A stretch of 61,253 bases of DNA, filler included. It is 5 parts of 5 records of this genome, joined end to end, with 100 filler letters (N's around TTAATTAATTAA, not from the genome) between each part and the next. Parts side by side here need not be neighbours in the genome. Positions count along the whole stretch, not along the records: positions 1 to 21,147 come from DRR723986_6701; 4 more parts are not named here. One strand, written 5' to 3'. This document shows, piece by piece, positions 9,576-19,345 of this stretch. Position 1 is the stretch's first letter. Each line of letters opens with the position of its first letter. The translations under genes and the position numbers were made by a program. Below the pieces are notes generated by a model. It ran no database searches. It was given only the letters and a program-made list of their open reading frames with translations, and was not told where the DNA came from.

Positions 9576-10367
9576 TTAAACCTTTTTTCTTAAAATATAT
9601 ATATAGCAGGAACTGCCCAAAATTTTCGATAAAATACGCCTAATCCGTAAGCTTATCTTTGATCCAAAAGAGTTCGCCATTGTATAGAAAATACGATTTG
9701 AATGGATAGCAACCACCTCAAATCCACATTTTTCGAATTTACTACACCAAAAATGTTGAGAATAATAGTAAACTTCCGTGAGTGTATTACCTCTTTCACC
9801 ATGAACTGGCGGGATTATTGTCCACACCCAGCCTTTAACACCGGAAGGAGTTCTCGGAACGTCCCCCGAGTTAGCCCCTTTGCATCCGAGTAACATTATC
9901 TTCTTGAAAATACGCCTTATGAGCCAAAGGTAATGAGAGAAAAGTGTCCAGATGCGACAAAAAGGCGTAGGTATTAGGTGAATGCAAACACCACCATTCT
10001 TTAGCGTTCGATATGTTTCTTCTAGCACTTTTTCCACTTCTATAACATGTTCAAGAACATGAGAACTGAAAATTATATCCTGAGATTGGTCAGGTTTCGG
10101 AATGTATTTTCCGTCATAATCTAAGATATCAAAACACCTGATAGCTCGATAGCTGCTGTTTGCCACTTCTATCGCTGTAACCTCATAACCCATTTGAAAC
10201 AGACGACGAGCTTGTGCACCGGTTCCGGCGCCTAACTCCAGCAAACGACGACGTGCATCACCGCGCCTAACAGGAGGAAGATAGCACCTTACCATGTCCA
10301 GCTCGTATGTCCTTATGGTGTCCAAAAAGTCTAAATGGGCTTCTCGAGGGATATTCGTATCGTCCAA
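9576..10367 (-). CDS. Class I SAM-dependent methyltransferase
   Basis: LLELGAGTG, DIIFSSHVLEHV, LKNGG. Confidence 0.88.
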   Translation of the reverse strand: MDDTNIPREAHLDFLDTIRTYELDMVRCYLPPVRRGDARRRLLELGAGTGAQARRLFQMGYEVTAIEVANSSYRAIRCFDILDYDGKYIPKPDQSQDIIFSSHVLEHVIEVEKVLEETYRTLKNGGVCIHLIPTPFCRIWTLFSHYLWLIRRIFKKIMLLGCKGANSGDVPRTPSGVKGWVWTIIPPVHGERGNTLTEVYYYSQHFWCSKFEKCGFEVVAIHSNRIFYTMANSFGSKISLRIRRILSKILGSSCYIYILRKKV

Positions 10368-10380
10368 AACAATTGACTCC

Positions 10381-11640
10381 TTAATCCGGTTCAGTCAAAA
10401 ACGGGACGTTAAGCAGCACTAAAGCGACCGAACATGCTGCCAGCACCCATTCAGTATAAATAATCGCCAACGCGAACCCTGAAATGCCGCAAAACTCAAC
10501 TAATACCCCCACCAAAACAATAACAAGCACCCAGCCGAAAAACTCAAGAAGAATCCTCAACCAAGGCCGCTCTTGGGTTGAAAGTATGTTTGTAGCTGTT
10601 GCCCGCACACTAGTAGCAGGCACCGCAAACGCTAGCAGATAAATAACATCAGCCACCCCAGAATAGGAATCCCCCAACAACAACTCCAACCAAGGGGCAG
10701 AATACGCAACAGACAGTCCAGCTCCACATCCATATAAACCCGCGACTAAAAACAAATAGCATTGTAGTTTACGACCACTGGACGTACGATCACGAAATAG
10801 ACGAGGCATTGCGGATAGTATCATTGCCATAACTGGCAGGACCAACGAACCTACTATGCGGGACGCAGATGAATATATACCGGCAGCGTCAGAAGGTAGA
10901 TAACGTACTGACAGTATTTTGTCCAATTCCGCAACGCCACTCGAACTTATCCCCATTACCGCATATCCCGCCAAGCCTCTAAGCTCCGAAATACGAGCTA
11001 CTCTCCAACTGAGTGGATGACGCCAAACGCTCGAACTTTTCCGGCATGCATAAGTCAGCGGAAGCAAAACAGCTACTAGATGACCAAAAGCATACCAGGA
11101 CACAGGGTTTGTTGGCGCATACCCCGTAACTGCTAACATCACAATCAGTCTAACTAAAGGTGGTGACATCAAAATTATCTGAGATCGAGCTATTTCACCG
11201 CGTCCATGCCTTTCCATCGCTGTCAACACCAAAAAAGGATGAACGACTAATTCAGCACACCCAATAAAAAAAATCGTGTACCAATTTATATCTTTGAGAG
11301 GGTTCAGTAGAAAATAAACAACGACCAGATAAATTAATAATAGATTCAAGCCGAATAGAGTTGTGGTTCCCAGAGCGAGCCGCAAAGCTCTTTCGATATC
11401 TGGAACATCACGAGAGACATCTCGAAGTAGTGCTATATGGCTTCCAAAATTTGCCATCGTGCCTAACACAACGGCCATTGCACTTATTCCCGCGAAGGCT
11501 CCAAAAACATCTGGGCCAATCGCTGATAGCAGGAGAATAAGAGTTCCGGCCTGGGCAGCCATCCGTAAGCCCAATACAAGACTAGTACGAATGGTACCAA
11601 TCGCGATTGGGCCTTTAAGGCTCTTAACTAAAAACTGCAC
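10381..11640 (-). CDS. Wzx-like (MOP superfamily) oligosaccharide flippase
   Basis: Many hydrophobic segments, GPDVFG, DKILS..L...AAGIYSSASRI pattern, located in a glycan cluster. Confidence 0.8.
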   Translation of the reverse strand: MQFLVKSLKGPIAIGTIRTSLVLGLRMAAQAGTLILLLSAIGPDVFGAFAGISAMAVVLGTMANFGSHIALLRDVSRDVPDIERALRLALGTTTLFGLNLLLIYLVVVYFLLNPLKDINWYTIFFIGCAELVVHPFLVLTAMERHGRGEIARSQIILMSPPLVRLIVMLAVTGYAPTNPVSWYAFGHLVAVLLPLTYACRKSSSVWRHPLSWRVARISELRGLAGYAVMGISSSGVAELDKILSVRYLPSDAAGIYSSASRIVGSLVLPVMAMILSAMPRLFRDRTSSGRKLQCYLFLVAGLYGCGAGLSVAYSAPWLELLLGDSYSGVADVIYLLAFAVPATSVRATATNILSTQERPWLRILLEFFGWVLVIVLVGVLVEFCGISGFALAIIYTEWVLAACSVALVLLNVPFLTEPD

Positions 11641-11848
11641 AGCAAATCTCGTTGTGGCGAAACTGCAAGCTACTCTTCAACCAAATATTAGAAGAATTCA
11701 ACATCACACAAGACCTGCTCTAGAACAGCGTTGAACTCGAACGCAGATAGACATCCCTGAACTCATTCAACATTAAAAACACATTTTTTCTTCAATAACA
11801 CTATAATTAAAGCTGAGTTGGTGAGCAAAAAACCAACTTTCAATATGT

Positions 11849-12709
11849 CTAATTTCGTTCTTTATACATCAACGCCGTTATCTGCTCAGAAACCAGTCCC
11901 ATCAAAAATACCAAAATAGAGGTTGTAAACAACAATGCCCCCATATTGGTAAAACGTCCATCAGTCAAATATGTATACCCATAATAGGAAAAGCCTCCGA
12001 ACCCTAAACCAAGAGAAATAGGAAAAAATAGTTTCAAAGGCGAAAACAAGGTTCCAATCTTAAAAATAATCAAAAGAAATCGTAAACCATCCTTCCACAG
12101 GTTAATATGGCTCTTTGACCCCTCCACTCGCTTCTGCACTGTTATCGGCACGTAAGCGACAGAATAACCGGCCCGGAAGAAACTCATAGTAATAGTGGTT
12201 GGATAGGAAAACTTATTAGGTAACAAATTTATGAATTCAAGAAATTTGCTGCGGCGCACGGCACGAAAGCCGGAAGTAAGATCATCGATATCGTGGCCGA
12301 CCATCCAACTTGCAAATCGATTGTAGAAAGCATTTGCAAGGTAACGATGAAGCCCGGCTTGCCCTTCATGATCACGCGCGCCGACCACCATCTCGAAACC
12401 TTCCTCTAGCTTTTCGAGCAACGTGCATATATCTTCAGGCCTGTGTTGACCATCTCCATCCATGAATACCACGATATCTTGCTTCGCAGCACGAACTCCT
12501 GCCTTGATGGCTGCTCCGTTGCCCTTACTATATGGCTGCCGCTTCACTCTAGCCCCTGATTTTTCGGCAATCAATGCCGTCTCATCATCAGAGCCGTCAT
12601 CCACAACAATGACTTCCAAACACCCGCTAATCAATAAAACCTTTCTCACAAGGTCACCTATTGATCGCGCTTCATTCTTGGCAGGTATAACCACTGAAAA
12701 ATCAGTCAT
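11849..12709 (-). CDS. GT2 glycosyltransferase, DPM1/GtrB-like (polyprenyl-phosphate sugar synthase)
   Basis: VIPAKNE, VVDDGSDD, GNGAA, DGDGQH, DLTSGFR, two C-terminal TM helices. ATG at 12709 overlaps the upstream stop (ATGACTGA). Confidence 0.85.
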   Translation of the reverse strand: MTDFSVVIPAKNEARSIGDLVRKVLLISGCLEVIVVDDGSDDETALIAEKSGARVKRQPYSKGNGAAIKAGVRAAKQDIVVFMDGDGQHRPEDICTLLEKLEEGFEMVVGARDHEGQAGLHRYLANAFYNRFASWMVGHDIDDLTSGFRAVRRSKFLEFINLLPNKFSYPTTITMSFFRAGYSVAYVPITVQKRVEGSKSHINLWKDGLRFLLIIFKIGTLFSPLKLFFPISLGLGFGGFSYYGYTYLTDGRFTNMGALLFTTSILVFLMGLVSEQITALMYKERN

Positions 12710-14561
12710 CGTCACCATCCTTTTCAATTCTATTTTGCTTAAAATCCTGCAAATAATCGATCCAATCTTGCCGACCAGCCGCAATTAACTCTTTTTCCAT
12801 TTTAATAATTGCCGGATCATCAATTGAAGCAGCCTCGACCGCCAAAGCAAGATAGTCCAACGCTCGCCTAGGCTGACTAGTTTGGTTGAATATATATGCT
12901 CCGATACGAAGGTATTCGGCGGATCTCAGCTTTGCCCTTCCGGCGATCAGATCAATCGTTTCAAGAACAGCTGCTTCGTTATCATATTTATTTCGCTCAG
13001 CATTACTCAGGGTAACCCATAAAATACCCACATTTTGAATGTTCATATGAGCGTTCTCCAAACGATTTATGAATCGCCCCCAGTCATCATCCGTCACAGT
13101 TCCTTTTACCGTCTTGTAAATGACTACATTGTTCATAAGAATCGCAGATTCTGGAAGAGCCCTCGCCCCCTCTTCACAGATTGCAATCGCTCTATCCAAA
13201 TGCGGGTTATCCGGCTCAGAGCCACTTAACTCAAAATGCGTTGAGCACAGAAACGCCCAAGCCCTCTCCGAACGCGGTGCAACTTTCACAGAATGTTCCG
13301 CCAGCCGTAAATTATTACCCCAGATACTAGACCTCCAGACAGTGGCATAGGCGATACCAGCTGCCAAAGTGAGCACTACTCCAAGAATAATTCCTTTTGA
13401 AAACGACCAACGTTGAACACCTGCATAAAGTAGATCTGAACTCGCCAAAAGAATACCAACAATAGGAAAATAATTTCGATGCTCAAAAGCCACTTCAAGA
13501 CTAATAACATTACTTGTAATAAAATGACCAGCAAAAAAAACAAATACTCCAGCAGAAAATATAGGGCGTTTCTCTCTCCAGCGCCAAGCCCACAATATCA
13601 AGATCACTAGACCCATTATTGAAAGAAGTGTTGTGATCGGTTGAGCAACCCCCTTAGATACAGGTAGATAATCATAGAAAAACGTCATGTTGTTAGGAAT
13701 AGGCAAAAGAATCTGACTTAGATATATAATAAGAACCCGTGCCTGCGTTAGCAATCGTTCTACACTTGAAAAATCTCTTCCCGGGTAAGCATCCCAGTGC
13801 CAAAAATGAGGCACAACAACAAGAAAATACATGAGCGAACCGCAGACCATGAACAGCCAAGATCCAGTAAGTAAGCGACTTGAGATAGCCTTTGAGGCCG
13901 CAGAAAACCGAAATACAAGAAACTCAAGAATCAAAATATATAGAAATATAAGCGTGGCATCCTCTTTTGAGGCAAAGCCCAGAATTCCAAAAAAGACTGC
14001 CAATATCCCATAGATTCGCCCATCCCGACCACTCACCTGTAAAGTTCGCATTTGGGCATATGAAAGCAAGGCAAGGAACACGAAAAACGTAGCCATTAGC
14101 TGCATGCGTTGGACAACATACAACACGGAAGAGACTTGCAAGGGATGTATGGCCCAAATAAATGAAACTGCCACGGCATAAATTGAAGCCAGTTTTTCAG
14201 GATACGCTGCGATCACCAATATTTTTTTTAACAGAAGTGCAAGTGCAAAGAATGAAAATACATGGATAAACAAATTCGTAGACTTGAACACAACCGGATC
14301 TAGACCGGACTGCCAATAATTCAGCGCAAAACTAATCATAGCCAAAGGCCTTGAACTCCCCCCAGGCTCAAAGCTGTATGCAGCGTACAGCACTTCGTCC
14401 AAACTGCTGAATTCAGAAATATGAAGGGCGCGGTTTTGTATAATGTTTGGCCAGTCGTCAAGAATAAACCCTCCCGAAACTCCCGGGGCGAACAGACTGG
14501 CGACGACCACGCCCAAGAGAGCTACAACCAGTAAGAAGCAAATCGAGTGAGATTTGCTCAT
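12702..14561 (-). CDS. TMTC/TfpW-like GT-C membrane glycosyltransferase; candidate pilin O-glycosyltransferase
   Basis: 619 aa multi-TM protein with FILDDWPNI, SRPL, HPLQ..V.YVVQR, SKE, EHRNYFP and a helical (TPR-like) C-terminus. First gene downstream of pilA. Confidence 0.75.
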   Translation of the reverse strand: MSKSHSICFLLVVALLGVVVASLFAPGVSGGFILDDWPNIIQNRALHISEFSSLDEVLYAAYSFEPGGSSRPLAMISFALNYWQSGLDPVVFKSTNLFIHVFSFFALALLLKKILVIAAYPEKLASIYAVAVSFIWAIHPLQVSSVLYVVQRMQLMATFFVFLALLSYAQMRTLQVSGRDGRIYGILAVFFGILGFASKEDATLIFLYILILEFLVFRFSAASKAISSRLLTGSWLFMVCGSLMYFLVVVPHFWHWDAYPGRDFSSVERLLTQARVLIIYLSQILLPIPNNMTFFYDYLPVSKGVAQPITTLLSIMGLVILILWAWRWREKRPIFSAGVFVFFAGHFITSNVISLEVAFEHRNYFPIVGILLASSDLLYAGVQRWSFSKGIILGVVLTLAAGIAYATVWRSSIWGNNLRLAEHSVKVAPRSERAWAFLCSTHFELSGSEPDNPHLDRAIAICEEGARALPESAILMNNVVIYKTVKGTVTDDDWGRFINRLENAHMNIQNVGILWVTLSNAERNKYDNEAAVLETIDLIAGRAKLRSAEYLRIGAYIFNQTSQPRRALDYLALAVEAASIDDPAIIKMEKELIAAGRQDWIDYLQDFKQNRIEKDGDDD

Positions 14562-14634
14562 TGCTTGCCCCTCTGCGAACCACTGGCAATAACGGAAGCT
14601 TTCATTTTTACAGGTCCTGTTTTCAGCATAGCAA

Positions 14635-14670
14635 ATACTAAAAAAGCGCCGTCAGGCGCTTTTTTAGTAT
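14635..14670. terminator. Intrinsic (bidirectional-type) terminator after pilA
   Basis: Perfect inverted repeat ATACTAAAAAAGCGCC-gtca-GGCGCTTTTTTAGTAT. Confidence 0.9.
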
Positions 14671-14696
14671 ACTTGAGTAATCAACTTAACGCCGTA

Positions 14697-15074
14697 TTAA
14701 GGCTCCAGACGGCAAGAACCTTTTCCAGCATCGCAAAGAACATCCTTCTGGATGGATGCGTTGCCTTGCGTCTTGGAAACGAATGTAACGGTAGCGCCAG
14801 CACTATACGAAGCGGTGGTCAGGGAACTGGGTGTCATGCTCGCACAAGCATTTCCGACAAAGCCTGTTGGGGCTTTGTTATCTGCCATGTCAGCAACCGC
14901 TGTTCCAATGTATGCCTTGGCCTCGGCCAAGCACGAACCATTAGCAGACTTCTGAGTGTAATCACGGTACTGAGGCAGGGCAATTGCCGCCAAGATGCCG
15001 ATAATCGCGATTACGATCATCAATTCGATCAAAGTAAAACCTTGCTGACCACGGCTCACATTCATTTTTTGCAT
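14697..15074 (-). CDS. pilA: Type IVa major pilin
   Basis: [39 protein letters not shown] class III signal, GAGGT RBS, divergent from pilB. Confidence 0.95.
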   Translation of the reverse strand: MQKMNVSRGQQGFTLIELMIVIAIIGILAAIALPQYRDYTQKSANGSCLAEAKAYIGTAVADMADNKAPTGFVGNACASMTPSSLTTASYSAGATVTFVSKTQGNASIQKDVLCDAGKGSCRLEP

Positions 15075-15167
15075 AACATCGACCTCTCGAGTTGTCGTTT
15101 CTAATACTAAACAGCTCTTGGTTGGCAAAGAATTTCGCTCTTGCCACATCGAGCCTAATGAAAGCTA

Positions 15168-15184
15168 AGCACTCTGCGTGCCAA
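15168..15184 (-). promoter_or_regulatory. Sigma-54 (-24/-12) promoter of pilA
   Basis: Minus strand TTGGCACGCAGAGTGCT gives GG-N10-GC. pilA is RpoN-dependent in Pseudomonas. Confidence 0.8.
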
Positions 15185-15292
15185 TTACAAGATTAAGTTT
15201 CGCATTCATTGAATGCTCTGCTTCTACTGAGAGCAGAGGACAGCTTCATTGATCTCTATCACTCAGCCCTACCCGGCCCAAGGAGGCCAAAA

Positions 15293-15329
15293 GTGACACA
15301 ATGCGTCACCGTATGACGAATTCTGAGAC
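15293..15329. promoter_or_regulatory. Putative upstream activator sites (PilR-type enhancer)
   Basis: GTGAC-N7-GTCAC at 15293-15309 and degenerate ATGAC-N7-GAGAC at 15313-15329, about 110-145 bp upstream of the sigma-54 site. Confidence 0.45.
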
Positions 15330-15462
15330 CTGAGACCACGAGCTTTTGCTCGCTCATCCTCCCAGCCAAACGGCGACCACTTTCCAAACCTCGCCCACCC
15401 ATCTAAACTCTCTTTCCATAACCACGAGATTCAGCCAGTTACAGGACTTTTCCAGAGTATTT

Positions 15463-17181
15463 ATGGCAACCAACCACCGAAACGTAACACTCACGGGCCT
15501 TGCTCGCCGGTTTGTCGATGACGGGCTGCTGGACGAAAGCACTGCCAAAGATGCATTCTTGCAGGCCTCCCAGAACCGTATCCCTCTGATCACCTATCTG
15601 ACTCAGAACGATTTGGCAGACAGCGCCAAGCTGGCGTTCTCTGCCGCTATGGAGTTCGGTATTTCAGTGCTGGATCTTGATGCCTTCGCCCCTGAAATGA
15701 TGCCGGAAAAAGCAGTAGACGAGAAGCTCGTGCGCAAACACGGCGCTCTCCCTCTTTACAAGCGGGGCAACCGGCTATTTATCGCAGTTTCAGACCCAAC
15801 CAATATCCAGGCGCTGGACGAGATCAAGTTCAACACTGGCCTGAGTACAGACGCGGTTCTCGTAGATGACGCCAAGCTTCGCGTGGCAATTGAGCAATAT
15901 CTGGAATCCCAGGATACCACGATGGGGGATCTCGATGACTCCGGGCTTGGAGACGTCGAAACAGACACAGGGTCACAAGAGGACGGCGAGGACATCGTAT
16001 CAACCACCGATGTCGATGACGCCCCCATAGTGAAATATGTCAACAAGATGCTTCTGGATGCCATTCGTACAGGTGCATCCGATGTTCACTTTGAGCCCTA
16101 CGAAAAAACCTATCGGGTTCGATACCGCACAGACGGTATTTTGAAAGAGGTTTCTCACCCGTCTATCAAGCTGGCCCCGAAGATTTCAGCCCGGGTAAAG
16201 ATTATGGCCCAGCTCGACATTTCGGAACGAAGGGTGCCTCAGGACGGCCGGATAAAGCTGAAGCTATCCAAAACCAAGGCCATCGATTTTCGAGTAAACA
16301 CCTTGCCCACTCTATGGGGGGAAAAAATTGTTCTCCGGATTCTCGACCCAAGTCAAGCCAAGCTTGGCATCGATGTACTGGGATACGAAGAAGACCAAAA
16401 ACAACTGTATCTGGACGCCCTCTCCCAGCCACAAGGCATGATATTGGTTACCGGCCCGACTGGCTCTGGTAAAACCGTTTCGCTCTATACTGGCCTCAAC
16501 ATTCTGAATACTCCGGGCATCAACATTTCCACCGCGGAAGACCCGGCGGAAATCAACCTCGAAGGCATCAACCAGGTCAACGTTAATAATCGCGTTGGGT
16601 TGGGCTTTGCAGAGGCGCTAAGGGCCTTTCTGCGACAAGACCCAGACATCATCATGGTTGGTGAGATTCGGGATCTTGAAACCGCAAATATTGCCATCAA
16701 AGCCGCTCAGACCGGCCATCTTGTTCTCTCTACTCTGCACACCAACAGTGCAGCGGAGACGCTGACTCGGATGATGAACATGGGCGTACCAGCCTTCAAC
16801 ATTGCCACATCCGTCAGCCTGATTATTGCCCAACGATTGGGACGTCGGCTTTGCAATAGCTGCAAACAACCCACAGAAGTTCCGAATGACGTGCTTTTAA
16901 AGGAAGGGTTCACACAAGAACAAATTGATACAGGCTTCACGTTGTACCGCCCCAAGGGCTGTGATAAATGCAATGGTGGATATAAAGGCCGCGTTGGGAT
17001 TTACGAAGTGGTCAAGATTACCAACGAGCTGGCAAGCATGATTATGGAAGAGGCCAGCTCCATTAAAATTGCAAAACAGGCTCAGGCGGAAGGCTTTCGC
17101 AATCTGAGACAGTCGGCGCTCCTGAAAGTAATTGATGGGGTAACCAGTCTTGAAGAGGCCAACCGTGTGACGAAGGATTAA
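15463..17181 (+). CDS. pilB: Type IV pilus assembly ATPase
   Basis: [43 protein letters not shown], Zn-binding Cys pairs. Confidence 0.96.
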   Translation: MATNHRNVTLTGLARRFVDDGLLDESTAKDAFLQASQNRIPLITYLTQNDLADSAKLAFSAAMEFGISVLDLDAFAPEMMPEKAVDEKLVRKHGALPLYKRGNRLFIAVSDPTNIQALDEIKFNTGLSTDAVLVDDAKLRVAIEQYLESQDTTMGDLDDSGLGDVETDTGSQEDGEDIVSTTDVDDAPIVKYVNKMLLDAIRTGASDVHFEPYEKTYRVRYRTDGILKEVSHPSIKLAPKISARVKIMAQLDISERRVPQDGRIKLKLSKTKAIDFRVNTLPTLWGEKIVLRILDPSQAKLGIDVLGYEEDQKQLYLDALSQPQGMILVTGPTGSGKTVSLYTGLNILNTPGINISTAEDPAEINLEGINQVNVNNRVGLGFAEALRAFLRQDPDIIMVGEIRDLETANIAIKAAQTGHLVLSTLHTNSAAETLTRMMNMGVPAFNIATSVSLIIAQRLGRRLCNSCKQPTEVPNDVLLKEGFTQEQIDTGFTLYRPKGCDKCNGGYKGRVGIYEVVKITNELASMIMEEASSIKIAKQAQAEGFRNLRQSALLKVIDGVTSLEEANRVTKD

Positions 17182-17183
17182 GC

Positions 17184-18404
17184 ATGGCAGAAAAAGCGCA
17201 GAAGCTCGAAGCATACATTTGGGAAGGCAAAGATCGAAAGGGAAACAAAACCAAGGGAGAACTTACGGGCTCCAATATTGCACTGGTGAAAGCCCAGTTG
17301 CGCAAGCAAGGTATTATCCCCGACAAGGTCAAGAAGAAACCCAAGCCGTTGTTTGGTGGCAGCAAGAAAATCACGCCGTTTGATATCGCAATGCTGACCC
17401 GGCAGTTGGCCACGATGATGAAGGCCGGTGTCCCCTTGGTTCAAAGCTTTGATATTGTGGCCGATGGTCTGGAACATAAAGGGCTGCAAGAACTAGTAAT
17501 TGAGCTTCGGAATGACATATCTTCCGGTACGAACTTTGCTGCTGCACTTCGGCGACATCCGAAGTATTTTGATGAGCTTTACTGCAACCTGATCGAGTCC
17601 GGTGAGAAGGCAGGCGCGCTGGAACAGATGTTGGATAGAATCGCGACTTACCTTGAGAAAACGGAAATTCTCAAGAAAAAAGTCAAAAAGGCGATGACTT
17701 ACCCGATTGCGGTAGTTGTTGTTGCAATCATCGTCACAGCAATACTTCTTGTGAAAGTGGTTCCCCAATTTGAGAGTCTGTTTCAGGGATTCGGTGCAGA
17801 GTTACCGGTCTTCACTCAGCTTATTATCAATGTCTCTGAGTGGATGCAGAAGTGGTGGTTTATCGTACTACTAGGAATTGTGTCCGCAATCTTTCTTTTC
17901 AAAGAAGCAAAACGACGTTCTCGGAAATTCTCTGACCTCGTCGATAAATATGTTTTAAAATTGCCGATTGTTGGTGAAATCCTCGACAAATCGGCCGTCG
18001 CAAAGTTCGGGCGCGTTCTCTCTACTACGTTCGCAGCCGGCGTTCCATTGGTTGACGCTCTTGATTCTGTTGCTGGTGCAACCGGCAACGCGGTTTATCG
18101 GGATGCCGTCATGAATATCAAAAATGATGTCTCAAGCGGCACGCAACTACAGGCATCAATGCGCCAGCAGGAAATATTCCCAGCGATAGCGGTGCAATTG
18201 ACAGCCATAGGTGAAGAATCCGGGAACCTGGACGATATGCTTGCCAAAGTGGCTGAACACTTTGAAGGAGTAGTTGACGACATGGTGGATAATCTTACGG
18301 CCCTGATGGAGCCGATGATTATGTCCGTTCTAGGCGTTTTGATCGGCGGCCTGATCATTGGCATGTACCTCCCCATCTTCCAGATGGGCCAGGTTGTTGG
18401 TTAA
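17184..18404 (+). CDS. pilC: Type IV pilus platform protein
   Basis: TRQLATMMKAGVPL, GEESGNLD (GspF family). Confidence 0.95.
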   Translation: MAEKAQKLEAYIWEGKDRKGNKTKGELTGSNIALVKAQLRKQGIIPDKVKKKPKPLFGGSKKITPFDIAMLTRQLATMMKAGVPLVQSFDIVADGLEHKGLQELVIELRNDISSGTNFAAALRRHPKYFDELYCNLIESGEKAGALEQMLDRIATYLEKTEILKKKVKKAMTYPIAVVVVAIIVTAILLVKVVPQFESLFQGFGAELPVFTQLIINVSEWMQKWWFIVLLGIVSAIFLFKEAKRRSRKFSDLVDKYVLKLPIVGEILDKSAVAKFGRVLSTTFAAGVPLVDALDSVAGATGNAVYRDAVMNIKNDVSSGTQLQASMRQQEIFPAIAVQLTAIGEESGNLDDMLAKVAEHFEGVVDDMVDNLTALMEPMIMSVLGVLIGGLIIGMYLPIFQMGQVVG

Positions 18405-18469
18405 ATCTCTCTACATACCCCTCTTCCTCTGCGGGGAGGGGCAAAACAAAGTTCTGATCGAGTCTTTGA

Positions 18470-19345
18470 ATGCTCCCCCTAGAAACCATAATCTCCACCC
18501 CCTGGCTGCTCTATCTGGTCGTTATTTTCGTCTCTCTATGCGTCGGCAGTTTTCTGAACGTCGTCATTCTGCGCCTGCCCAAAATGATGAAACAGGAGTG
18601 GCGTTGTCAGTGCGAGGAGTTTCTTGGGGTACCTGAGGAAGATTGCAAGCCGGGCGAGAGGATCACACTGTCAAATCCGGCATCCACGTGCCCCGCGTGT
18701 GGCCACAAAATTCGCGCGTGGGAGAACATCCCAGTTATCAGCTGGCTGATACTCCGCGGCAAATGTGCTTCATGTAAAACCCGCATATCGCCCCGTTATC
18801 CCATTATCGAAGCCCTGACCACGCTTTTTTCCGTAGCAACGGTTTATATACTGGGGCCATCGGAGTCTGCGGCCTGGGCTCTACTGATGGTCTGGGCGCT
18901 GGTGGCGCTGACGATGATCGACTTTGACACTCAGCTCCTGCCAGACAGCATCACCCTGCCCTTGATGTGGCTGGGCCTGGTGCTGAATTACTTCGGCGTA
19001 CTAACGGACTTTGGCAGCGCCTTTTGGGGGGCTGTTGCCGGTTACCTTTCGCTCTGGAGTGTGTACTGGCTGTTCAAGCTGGCCACTGGCAAGGAAGGCA
19101 TGGGGCACGGAGATTTCAAGCTGCTGGCGGCTCTGGGGGCGTGGCTGGGCTGGCAACTGTTGCCCGCCGTGATTCTACTTTCATCTCTGGTTGGAGCCAT
19201 TGTGGGCCTGAGCCTGATGGCCTTTCGCAGACACGGGCGTGAAGTTCCAATTCCTTTCGGCCCATATCTGGCAGCGGCTGGCTTGCTTGCTCTGTGGTTT
19301 GGCCCTGAAATCCAGGCTATGTGGTTCGGTTATCTCGGAGTCTGA
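18470..19345 (+). CDS. pilD: Prepilin peptidase/N-methyltransferase
   Basis: GSFLNVVI, CPAC/CASC, GMGHGDFKL, IPFGPYL. Confidence 0.96.
   Translation: MLPLETIISTPWLLYLVVIFVSLCVGSFLNVVILRLPKMMKQEWRCQCEEFLGVPEEDCKPGERITLSNPASTCPACGHKIRAWENIPVISWLILRGKCASCKTRISPRYPIIEALTTLFSVATVYILGPSESAAWALLMVWALVALTMIDFDTQLLPDSITLPLMWLGLVLNYFGVLTDFGSAFWGAVAGYLSLWSVYWLFKLATGKEGMGHGDFKLLAALGAWLGWQLLPAVILLSSLVGAIVGLSLMAFRRHGREVPIPFGPYLAAAGLLALWFGPEIQAMWFGYLGV

Noticed and set aside
15075-15149. 25-aa N-terminal extension of the pilin in the ORF track
   Set aside because: RBS position and short type IVa leader length favour ATG 15074
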